Virus record (IMG/VR): IMGVR_UViG_3300030442_000019
From: a virus
Reading direction: 5' to 3' (one strand)
DNA: 54,054 bases
Each line of letters begins with the position of its first letter. Positions within the stretch are counted from its first letter, which is position 1. This document shows positions 8,398 through 16,580 of this stretch, piece by piece. Under the pieces are notes generated by a model, which saw nothing but the letters and a program-made list of their open reading frames with translations, made no database searches and was not told the DNA's origin. The translations under genes were made by a program, and so were the position numbers.

Positions 8398-8815
8398 GTG
8401 TCAGCTCCCCTTTCTGTTCTTCCGACTGAGGTCTCAATGTATCCAGTAATTTGTTGAATTCTTCTCTTGTTACGTACTTAGCGTCCATGTTTTCCGCTAC
8501 AGGTTGTGGATTGTTCGCCTGTACCTCATGAAATTCAAAAGCTTTAAACGTAACACTTCCCACACCGTCAACAGATTTAACATAGAAATACGGTGCATTG
8601 TTATCCATCATCCAAGCCGTAGTTCCCGGTTGTACGATCTGATTTCTTGCCCCGTCAATTCCGGCCACCTGTATCCAGTTTACATTCGGCTGTGGCTGTG
8701 CCTTGTATTGCTGTTGAGCCTGTGATAAGTTGTCTATCCGTTGTCGTAATGCCATCTGATCTTGCATATAAGCATCCTGTGGCATGTACGGTGTATATGA
8801 CATATATGGATTCAT
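8390..8815 (-). CDS. Hypothetical protein (first gene of the accessory island)
   Basis: ORF track gives 143 aa. The second ATG has better spacing from AGGAGGT. Confidence 0.6.
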   Translation of the reverse strand: MNPYMSYTPYMPQDAYMQDQMALRQRIDNLSQAQQQYKAQPQPNVNWIQVAGIDGARNQIVQPGTTAWMMDNNAPYFYVKSVDGVGSVTFKAFEFHEVQANNPQPVAENMDAKYVTREEFNKLLDTLRPQSEEQKGELTHE

Positions 8816-8870
8816 ACTCATACCTCCTGTAAATTAGTATTTCTTGTTCTCTATGCTTTCATTTTACGCA

Positions 8871-8905
8871 TAAAAAAGAGACCTTAACAGTTCGTTAAAG
8901 TCTCT
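8871..8905 (-). terminator. Rho-independent terminator
   Basis: Stem AGAGACTTTAAC/GTTAAGGTCTCT (11 of 12 bp) followed by T6 on the minus strand. Confidence 0.7.
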
Positions 8906-8939
8906 AAAAAGTATCACTTATTATTTTGTGCTTTCGGTA

Positions 8940-9602
8940 TCATTCTGCAAATACCCAATCTTCCGCAAGCATATCTGTCTGAGACGGTGCCCACGGCACT
9001 TTATTTTTAGGCGAATAAGGATTTTCTGTCTGTAATCCAGTAGTGTTGATATATATGAACGAATGCGTCATATAATTGAATGCTTCAATAGTTGTTCTTG
9101 CTGTAACTCTGTCGTATTCTTTCACTTCTTCACTTAGTTCAGAATACGGAATCATATCCGGGTGATCTGTAACTCCTTGTTTTTTCTTTTCTTCCCACCA
9201 TGCGTTATGCACTGCTTCTGCAATAGTTTCAAGATTGACTTCTGGCGAATACATTTCCAGATAGATTCCTTTACCATTCCAACCTTTACGAGCTACCTTA
9301 AGTCCTCTTTTTAGATAACGGATAGCATCACCGAATCCAAATGTTGACTGACCGCCGAGAATACCGCAATTCTCTTCATCTGCAATCATCCAGTCATCCC
9401 TCTGCGTGTGCATGAAAGTATATTCCACTCTCTGCGTTTCACGAATATCAAGAACATCTCCCTGTCCTTTGTCGGAATCCTTTGGTCTGCAATGAATCAT
9501 AATCGTCTTTTTATCATCATCCCAACACCAGTAACCATTCCATCCAGGCAATTTCACTTTCGCACCTTGTTTCATTAATTCAAACGCTTCTTTAAAAATC
9601 AT
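8940..9602 (-). CDS. Tandem DUF2829 (Tad2-like) protein with an inserted RyR-like segment
   Basis: Two DUF2829-type N-terminal motifs: FKEAFELMKQGAKVKLPGW and FGDAIRYLKRGLKVARKGWNGKG. The C-terminus has WAPSQTDMLAEDW. The inserted segment is AVHNAWWEEKKKQG..IPYSELSEEVKEYDR. Confidence 0.6.
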   Translation of the reverse strand: MIFKEAFELMKQGAKVKLPGWNGYWCWDDDKKTIMIHCRPKDSDKGQGDVLDIRETQRVEYTFMHTQRDDWMIADEENCGILGGQSTFGFGDAIRYLKRGLKVARKGWNGKGIYLEMYSPEVNLETIAEAVHNAWWEEKKKQGVTDHPDMIPYSELSEEVKEYDRVTARTTIEAFNYMTHSFIYINTTGLQTENPYSPKNKVPWAPSQTDMLAEDWVFAE

Positions 9603-9604
9603 AT

Positions 9605-10066
9605 TTATTCCTCCACTAATTCAAATCTGTACTTCTGCTTCACATTCGGGTATTTCTTCCTGTCTACTTTGCTTACGAACATTCCGTAAGGTCTGCACCA
9701 CACGCCATTAGAGCATTCGTAAACTACCTTGAACTGTCCCGGCATTTCGCTATCTTGTGCAATATACAGAACTTTCACTGTTTCGCCCTTGAAGTGCCTG
9801 TACACCTGTCCGGGTTCAACTCTTCTATTGCTCACTGTCGGCGGTTCGCTGTTGAAATACTTCTCACATTCTGCCAAATCGCAATTCTCTTGCATGAGTG
9901 GATGCTTTTCATCCAGCTTCTTAATCTCTGCTTTCTGTACGTGAATATGCTGTCCTACAAGTGGAAATCCACATCCGTAAAGCATTTTCGCCTTAATGTG
10001 GTGTGGCTCAAGTCTTCCTGTCGGGTCTATGAGATATCCACTTATTTTAAAAATCTTAGGTATCAT
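9605..10066 (-). CDS. DUF1653-like protein
   Basis: C-terminal motif YRHFKGETVKVLYIAQDSE..VVYEC..GVWCRPYGMF. Confidence 0.5.
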   Translation of the reverse strand: MIPKIFKISGYLIDPTGRLEPHHIKAKMLYGCGFPLVGQHIHVQKAEIKKLDEKHPLMQENCDLAECEKYFNSEPPTVSNRRVEPGQVYRHFKGETVKVLYIAQDSEMPGQFKVVYECSNGVWCRPYGMFVSKVDRKKYPNVKQKYRFELVEE

Positions 10067-10070
10067 AGAA

Positions 10071-10697
10071 TCACCTCTCCAATCTTATAATTGTGTGAAA
10101 TTCTTTTTCAGATAAGGCACTTTCAGTCACGAGCCAAAGGCTATCGTCAGCAATATTCCTAGAAGCATATACTTTGAATAAAAGTCCAGAAACAATAACA
10201 TTTTGGGATTTATTTATCATTGACAAACCGTCAAGACTTTTTTTAGGGACAGCAAACGACAGAGTATATGTACTTTCTGCACCGGTTAAGAGCTTTTGAT
10301 AGTCCATGTGCTCAGAAATAATTGTTTCCCCAGTTTCATAAAATTTAATATTCCACCCAATACGGTTTTTGAGATCAATCATTTCATCTGCCGTAATGTT
10401 CGGCGTTTCATCGACTACCGTTTCCTCTGCCGGATACATTTCCCAATCCTCAGCAAGCATATCTTCTTGTGTTGGTGTCCAGTTTGGCTGAAAGCTTCCT
10501 TTTCGCGTATAACCCATAATGCAGTCCGAAAAACATTCTTCTTCTGGTAGAATTGCAAGAAACGTTTTTGTTGTTAAACCTTTGTTTTTTCCAATAAAAA
10601 TAAACTGTTTTCTCCCATTAAAAAAGTTTTCTTTCCATACATTACGTGTAACTTTCTTTCCCTTTTTCATGCATTTTATGGCTTCTCCGAAGTTCAT
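10071..10697 (-). CDS. DUF2829 (Tad2-like) N-terminal domain protein with an unknown C-terminal domain
   Basis: Motifs MNFGEAIKCMKKGKKVTRNVW and WTPTQEDMLAEDW. Confidence 0.55.
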   Translation of the reverse strand: MNFGEAIKCMKKGKKVTRNVWKENFFNGRKQFIFIGKNKGLTTKTFLAILPEEECFSDCIMGYTRKGSFQPNWTPTQEDMLAEDWEMYPAEETVVDETPNITADEMIDLKNRIGWNIKFYETGETIISEHMDYQKLLTGAESTYTLSFAVPKKSLDGLSMINKSQNVIVSGLLFKVYASRNIADDSLWLVTESALSEKEFHTIIRLER

Positions 10698-10699
10698 GC

Positions 10700-10900
10700 C
10701 TATACCACCCTTTCAATCTTATCATTCACTCTTCTACTCAATCTCTTGACCGTAGACACACTCACATTCATTTCTTCCGCACAGTCTTCTAAAGGCATAG
10801 CTTTAGCACGGAGCCGGAACAGTTTCAATTCATCCGATGTGAAGTTGCATTCTAACTCAAAATAGTCAAGTTCTGGTCGTGTAAAAGAGTATATTTTCAT
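10700..10900 (-). CDS. Small sigma-70 region-4-like HTH protein
   Basis: 66 aa, with LKLFRLRAKAMPLEDCAEEMNVSVSTVKRLSRRV. Confidence 0.5.
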   Translation of the reverse strand: MKIYSFTRPELDYFELECNFTSDELKLFRLRAKAMPLEDCAEEMNVSVSTVKRLSRRVNDKIERVV

Positions 10901-11262
10901 AATTCCTTTGGTTTCTTGTCCGTCATAGCATTTACAAGCTCTTCCCGAGTTTTTTTTAAACCCTCAATGTTATTCCCTGTGATTTTGTTTTCGATCAAAT
11001 TAAACATACTTCTCATTAATAGATTCATATCATCCCTCGTATTCCTTATGTTCTTATAATCATTATCAAGTTTCTGATTAATCCCTGTGATAGATGTTTC
11101 AATGTTCGTTATTCGCTTTTCAATCTGTTCTATACGGTTGTCCTGTTTTTCTTTTGGTGCTTTCCATGATTTGTACCACCCGGAAAGCACCGCAACAGCA
11201 CCGCCGACAACAGATATAGCACCGCATATAGCAAGTATCTGTGTTATTAGTTCCATATTCAC
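10897..11262 (-). CDS. Membrane-anchored coiled-coil protein
   Basis: 121 aa with an N-terminal TM segment. GTGA overlap with the upstream gene. Confidence 0.55.
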   Translation of the reverse strand: MNMELITQILAICGAISVVGGAVAVLSGWYKSWKAPKEKQDNRIEQIEKRITNIETSITGINQKLDNDYKNIRNTRDDMNLLMRSMFNLIENKITGNNIEGLKKTREELVNAMTDKKPKEL

Positions 11263-12485
11263 TTTTCCTTTGAATTGATATATCTTTGTGCTGCTTTTGC
11301 TGATCTAACAGCTTGTGACCTATCCCACTGTGCTACACGTAGCCGTTCCGAATATTCTTTAAGACCATTATCTTTGCAGTAATCACGATACTGCTTATTC
11401 TGCCGTCTGAGTACCGCTGATTTGCGGTCATACATTTGTTGCAATTCGAATTTAAGCTTATCATCTCCGCTTGCATCTATAGCAGTCTGCAAATTCTGAA
11501 TCTCTCTCTTGCTGTTGCGAATGCGTCTTTCCATAAGCCGTTGCTTTTTCGCACGCTCTTCCGCTTTGATATTGTCTTCGCCAGAAAGGTTGATATCTGC
11601 ATACGGATTGTTTTCACCGTCACCGGATCCGAAAGAGTGCCGACAGTTCACGCCACACAACCCTGTCACTGTTCCGTAGCCTGTTGATGTTCGGAAGTCC
11701 GAGAACCTCTTGTCTTTGCCTGTCCTGGAATAAAATTTGCCTTGCCACCAAAAATGATTCGTCGGATTGTTGCCACCATCACCAATTCGTGCTCCTACAT
11801 GTGCAGATACCAAGATAGTATCCCATTCTAATTCTTCCATTCGTTTTAGTGCAATTGCTCCGGCACACTGGCTTATCCCTGTGCGGACAGTCATCATTGT
11901 GGCTGATTCAATGCTCATTTCTCTACCGGACGGATAGGATACTTTAACACCTTGCTTTACAATCCTGTCAACAGCATCTCTAACAGCCTGTGTGTATGAT
12001 ACAGCACCGCTTGATGCCATGCGGTAAGCTGTGTCGACCTCTTTCAAAAACAACTTCTGCGCTTCATCTGCCGTTGTTCGTGTAAGGTTTCTCCATTCTC
12101 CACACGTAACGTTATAATCTCTTTCCAGTATTCTGAGCAATGTCGGAGATTGCAGCAAGGGCGTAGGTGATAGTCCTACCGCCCTATATATTGCATCGTC
12201 TCTCTCGATAGCTTTTATACCGGCTTCTTCAAATGCGCTTTTCAGCTCGCTCTCTTGCTTCTTCGTTTTGTCAGCGATCTCTTTTTGTATGTCTTCCAGT
12301 AAGTACCCGGATTCTTGTAACACCAGTATCTGCCACCTGTCCGTAGCCGTAAGGAGATAATCTTCTCCACGGCCTATACGCACCATTATACGTTCAACGA
12401 TCATGTCCATGATATTCTTGTGCATATCCGATGTTATCTTTTCCGCACCCTCGGTCACATGAAAGAGATATTCTGGTGTAAGCAT
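11259..12485 (-). CDS. Head morphogenesis protein (SPP1 gp7 / Mu F-like)
   Basis: 408 aa with the MuF-type motif CGVNCRHS and a basic coiled-coil tail. Confidence 0.8.
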   Translation of the reverse strand: MLTPEYLFHVTEGAEKITSDMHKNIMDMIVERIMVRIGRGEDYLLTATDRWQILVLQESGYLLEDIQKEIADKTKKQESELKSAFEEAGIKAIERDDAIYRAVGLSPTPLLQSPTLLRILERDYNVTCGEWRNLTRTTADEAQKLFLKEVDTAYRMASSGAVSYTQAVRDAVDRIVKQGVKVSYPSGREMSIESATMMTVRTGISQCAGAIALKRMEELEWDTILVSAHVGARIGDGGNNPTNHFWWQGKFYSRTGKDKRFSDFRTSTGYGTVTGLCGVNCRHSFGSGDGENNPYADINLSGEDNIKAEERAKKQRLMERRIRNSKREIQNLQTAIDASGDDKLKFELQQMYDRKSAVLRRQNKQYRDYCKDNGLKEYSERLRVAQWDRSQAVRSAKAAQRYINSKEK

Positions 12486-12568
12486 TATTTGTCCTTTCTG
12501 TTTGGAATTATCATCACAAGAAGCAGAAACACACAGATTACAATAATATTAATTGTACTTGTTGCCAT
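12485..12568 (-). CDS. 27-aa hydrophobic peptide
   Basis: My own translation is MATSTINIIVICVFLLLVMIIPNRKDK. TAATG overlap with the MuF-like gene. Confidence 0.35.
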   Translation of the reverse strand: MATSTINIIVICVFLLLVMIIPNRKDK

Positions 12569-12570
12569 GA

Positions 12571-12864
12571 TTATTCATCCTTCCCAATCTGCTTAATAAT
12601 CTGATTAACGTATGTACTCAGTCCGGCTACCATGATGCCTTGTACTATAGACGTGAACAGTGCCATAAAAACGTTTTTCATGCTGTCCAAATCGCAAGTT
12701 GCTGTTACATACATTCCGCAAATAATAATTCCAATACCTCCGAGAGAGAGTGGAATGTCTTTATCCTTAATTCTCTTTGAACTTTTCATCCATTTCCCAA
12801 GAAAATACAAGGCAAAAGAAACCACCATTAACTCCGGCTTTACATAACTAATAATCTGTTCCAT
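12571..12864 (-). CDS. Holin (LL-H / Hol44-like)
   Basis: 97 aa with multiple TM segments and a charged C-terminus. RBS AAAGGAGG. Confidence 0.65.
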   Translation of the reverse strand: MEQIISYVKPELMVVSFALYFLGKWMKSSKRIKDKDIPLSLGGIGIIICGMYVTATCDLDSMKNVFMALFTSIVQGIMVAGLSTYVNQIIKQIGKDE

Positions 12865-12919
12865 TTTTTAGTCCTCCTTTACAGACATTATCATTTATCT
12901 TTCGGATTGACGTGTCCCC

Positions 12920-13312
12920 TTATACCTCTTCCCATCCATACACGCCCGGTTCCCAGACATTCCCGTCTGCCGTGCTAATCCATGTCTTGCCATTGTGTGT
13001 TACCTTGTCTCCTTTGGCGTAAGGGTTGGTGCTGTCTGGCTGTTCCCATTCTGGCACTGTACTACTATCTGGAATAAGTACCTTGGCGAACAAAGACGGC
13101 GCATCCGGCGGTGTCCATGTCTCTTGGCTTGTATGGGCTTGTAATACCTTGTAAATGGTGCCATTATACTCCAACCGCTTTCCAACTACATATTCCTTTC
13201 CAGACTGCCATTTCTCCACAAAGTCTGGATATTCAAGAATCTGTTCATCGGTCATGTTGGCTGTCTGGTTTTCCAACAACTTCCGCAACTGCTCTACTTG
13301 TTCTCTTGTCAC
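12920..13312 (-). CDS. Protein with two CBM5/12-like carbohydrate-binding repeats
   Basis: Start refined to the GTG in a GTGA overlap. Repeats are YVVGKRLEYNGTIYKVLQAHTSQETWTP and YAKGDKVTHNGKTWISTADGNVWEPG. Confidence 0.6.
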   Translation of the reverse strand: MTREQVEQLRKLLENQTANMTDEQILEYPDFVEKWQSGKEYVVGKRLEYNGTIYKVLQAHTSQETWTPPDAPSLFAKVLIPDSSTVPEWEQPDSTNPYAKGDKVTHNGKTWISTADGNVWEPGVYGWEEV

Positions 13313-13602
13313 TGTACCACCCCCATTATGATATTGAGTGCTTCTTCTGCACTTAAATCTGGCTCTGGATAGACTGGGTTGTCTACCAGTGTCCACACCT
13401 GCCTAATCGCATTCTCTTCCTCTTCCCAACTGGATTCCCAGTGCTTACCCTCTGTTACCTCAATAGGCATATCTGTGTACATCACAGGCTTGTAGCCTAA
13501 CTGTTCCAGTTCTTCCGGGAGCGGATTGTTGATTGTCTTGCCATCCAAAGTTATCGTCTTCGGTGCACTGTGCAAGAATCCGTTTTGTAGTTTTGCGTGC
13601 AT
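13309..13602 (-). CDS. Hypothetical protein (tail-fibre-associated, by position)
   Basis: 97-aa ORF with RBS AAAGGAG. Confidence 0.6.
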   Translation of the reverse strand: MHAKLQNGFLHSAPKTITLDGKTINNPLPEELEQLGYKPVMYTDMPIEVTEGKHWESSWEEEENAIRQVWTLVDNPVYPEPDLSAEEALNIIMGVVQ

Positions 13603-13606
13603 TTAA

Positions 13607-14032
13607 TCACTCCTTTCTTATTCGAATATAATCACCATCGAAGCAATTAGCTTTATAACCTCCATGCGCTACATTGGCATTACTTCCAACACCAACATAT
13701 AATGTACCGTCTGCCGGAATGGTAATCTCGATAGTTCCTGACGCATCGGGTATACCATCGTGCCCGCTACCGTATAGCTTATATGTTCCACCGCATCTGC
13801 GCATATCATAGATGTATTTACTCACCGTTCTTACATTGCTCCATTCGATTAAGTACTGTTCTCCTTGCTTAACATTAAATACAATAGCCGGACATCGCTT
13901 GCCGTACCACTCTCCAGTATCGGTTAGGTAAGCTTCATAAAGCCATTCGCTTGTTTCTTCTTGTGCACTTGCAAGCAACCTACGCCTTAAGCTGTGCTGT
14001 GCTGTCGACATTTTAGCATTTCTCTCCATCAT
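13607..14032 (-). CDS. Hypothetical protein
   Basis: Start refined to the ATG in an ATGA overlap with the upstream stop. Confidence 0.55.
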   Translation of the reverse strand: MMERNAKMSTAQHSLRRRLLASAQEETSEWLYEAYLTDTGEWYGKRCPAIVFNVKQGEQYLIEWSNVRTVSKYIYDMRRCGGTYKLYGSGHDGIPDASGTIEITIPADGTLYVGVGSNANVAHGGYKANCFDGDYIRIRKE

Positions 14033-15156
14033 CTCACACTCCAATTCTGGCTCGTCAGCAAGCCCTCTAAGATTGATACCTCATATACCTTGTTGCTCTC
14101 GACCGAAAAGCTACCGATATTGACATTGGATGGATGTACCACCCTTGTGGCTGTAGAGCCAGAACGAAAGATAAAATGCACCTCACCAGTTCCCTCACCG
14201 ATGGTATATGCAAGACTTTCCATCTCTGGGAATACGTATAGCTTATTCGGTTCGAGCGTTACTGTGGTATCTGTGGATAGCTTTTCTATTCTTTCGATGC
14301 CACTTGTTTCTATGGTGATGGCAATGGCTTCTGAACCATCGTAAGTGTACTCTTTACCGCCATATGTGATTGTTAAGGATTGTGGGTTTGGAAGATTGGT
14401 TGGTACTGTGGGGATTGTTGGCTTTCCTTTTAAGTCTTCATAGTTGCCAGAAAAATTACTCTTGTCGTTCCAACTCTGTTTTTCTGCGTCTGTAACAGTA
14501 CGGTGTTCTGAATCATCCTGTAAATCGGACAGATTTTTCGGGATTTCCGTTGTGTCCGGCAGTGCTCCGACTTCTTCTGCGGTATAAGTAGGCTTTTCTT
14601 CCGCTTTTGCCCATGCTGGTACCGTTGGATCCGTCTCTTCTATAGGATTCTTTTCCAGATAGCTTTTTACAGATTTCTCTATCTGTTCCTCGGAAATAGG
14701 CTTTTTCTCCAATGTGTCTACTCTGGATATAAGGTCAAGAATGACATCGGCGTGAGTATCTTCAATCTCTGTATCCGTGTCTATCGTCTCTTTGGCCTTT
14801 CCGGTAGCCGGACTGGTTCTGAACACTTCTACTTTATCTTTGTTTTTCGCTTCTACTGCAAAATATATAGATGTATCCTCGTTTGCGTCAAAGATGTGTT
14901 GCTTTAGCTCCCACGAAAAAGTGATATTCTCCCCGTCTACCTTCACATCTTTTACGGTATATTTCCCCGGCAATCCTTTTGCAGTATAGTAATTTACGAA
15001 AATGTAACAGTCAGACAAGTCGACATTATCTCCTATGATTTTAGGGCATTTAAAATGCTTTCTCTCTATATTGCCCTCTCCGTACACTCCAAAAAGTTGT
15101 TCGCTTTTGGGGATTGTGATTTTTCTAGTTGATGGGTCTATGATAAGATATTCCAT
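14029..15156 (-). CDS. Tail-fibre-like / BppU-N-like protein
   Basis: 375 aa. The N-terminus resembles a baseplate-upper-protein Ig domain. The central motif KPTYTAEEVGALP is typical of fibre proteins. Confidence 0.45.
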   Translation of the reverse strand: MEYLIIDPSTRKITIPKSEQLFGVYGEGNIERKHFKCPKIIGDNVDLSDCYIFVNYYTAKGLPGKYTVKDVKVDGENITFSWELKQHIFDANEDTSIYFAVEAKNKDKVEVFRTSPATGKAKETIDTDTEIEDTHADVILDLISRVDTLEKKPISEEQIEKSVKSYLEKNPIEETDPTVPAWAKAEEKPTYTAEEVGALPDTTEIPKNLSDLQDDSEHRTVTDAEKQSWNDKSNFSGNYEDLKGKPTIPTVPTNLPNPQSLTITYGGKEYTYDGSEAIAITIETSGIERIEKLSTDTTVTLEPNKLYVFPEMESLAYTIGEGTGEVHFIFRSGSTATRVVHPSNVNIGSFSVESNKVYEVSILEGLLTSQNWSVR

Positions 15157-15173
15157 TTTGGTTCACCTCTTTC

Positions 15174-16568
15174 CTATTCTTCGTACAATCCACTGTCCGG
15201 CTTATTCTGTTCCTGTGCTTCTTCAATCATTGCTTTCGCTTCTTGTTCTGTCATTCCCTCGAATTTCACAAAATACATCCATGCCGGAACCTTGCCCTGT
15301 ACCACATAGTTCCACCACCGTGCACGATCATCCTCTAAGTTATATACAAGGTCTTCAAAATCACATGCTGTTTGGTAGTTCGTTGCCGGAATAGTTCCGT
15401 TTGCTGTGCCTACTGCATACAGGATATAGATGATTCTGTGCAATACTCCGTCATGGTTCTTTCCGTCCAAAATGTTTCGGAATGCCTGGATGGTATGCAG
15501 TGTACGCCTATCGTCAGATTCTACCTGTGTTGCTGTCTGTATGCCCTGATTCTGATCGAAAGAGAAATATCCGTTTGAGAATCCACATTTATATCCGATG
15601 ATGGATAGGTAGAAGTTAATAGCACTCACTCTATCTGTTACAAGCAGAGTGGGCACATGTTCATGAATGGTATTGTCTTCATTTATCCCTTGTTCCAATC
15701 CACGTACAAATCTTGGTAGTGCAATCCCCTGTGCGTTTGCGAATTGGATAGCAGACTGTGATACAAATGTCATGTGCTGACTGTCTTCCTGTTCGTCTCC
15801 CATCTTGCTAAGGGCAATATCCAACCATCTCAATTCTTCGATACATTCCGAAAATGCCGGAACAGTCAGTGGAGATTCCTTGTCAATCGCATTTGCGTAA
15901 GGATTTCGCCAGTAGACAAACAGTGGATATTCTAACCCATGTACGTAAACTTCTGGCTCAATGTCTTTCCACTCATCCACCCTGTCAAGCGTAATCTCTG
16001 TACCAATCATATCTTTGTTGTCTGATTTATAGGCCTTGCTGGATATATGGTATACACGTTCCAGTCCGACATCCTCAAATCTGTGGTACTCAGCTTTTGT
16101 ATAGTATTTGTCGTTTTTCTTAAGGTAAGAGAAAAAGATAGCTGCTAACGCATCCCCGTCCGTGTTGGTGTCTGTAATCAAAAAGTAATCTGGGTCTAAA
16201 AATTCCACATCATCACCATTACTCTTTACCATCATTCCACAGGTCGCACAGCTTTCCTCTTGCTTCTCCTGTAACGTGTTCATTACTCTGTCGAATCTCT
16301 TTTGCAGTTCGTTATTCCCTGTAATCTGGATATCCGTATTAAACAGCGTGAGGTTTGCTATTTCACGACAGATTACGTTCGAAAACCTTGTTGGCTTTAT
16401 TTTTCCACTGGTACACCACTTTGGCACACCCGATCTCATGCTTTTATATAATGACAGGGCGGTATCCATATCAGAAGACCGCCCTGTTTCAATTCCGAAT
16501 ATGCTTTTAGCGTCATTTACTTTAACCATTTTATTCCATACCGCCTTAATCTTTTCTATCAGTCTCAT
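15174..16568 (-). CDS. Portal protein (SPP1 gp6-like)
   Basis: 464 aa, directly downstream of terL. Confidence 0.85.
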   Translation of the reverse strand: MRLIEKIKAVWNKMVKVNDAKSIFGIETGRSSDMDTALSLYKSMRSGVPKWCTSGKIKPTRFSNVICREIANLTLFNTDIQITGNNELQKRFDRVMNTLQEKQEESCATCGMMVKSNGDDVEFLDPDYFLITDTNTDGDALAAIFFSYLKKNDKYYTKAEYHRFEDVGLERVYHISSKAYKSDNKDMIGTEITLDRVDEWKDIEPEVYVHGLEYPLFVYWRNPYANAIDKESPLTVPAFSECIEELRWLDIALSKMGDEQEDSQHMTFVSQSAIQFANAQGIALPRFVRGLEQGINEDNTIHEHVPTLLVTDRVSAINFYLSIIGYKCGFSNGYFSFDQNQGIQTATQVESDDRRTLHTIQAFRNILDGKNHDGVLHRIIYILYAVGTANGTIPATNYQTACDFEDLVYNLEDDRARWWNYVVQGKVPAWMYFVKFEGMTEQEAKAMIEEAQEQNKPDSGLYEE

Positions 16569-16580
16569 TGTTTCACTCCA

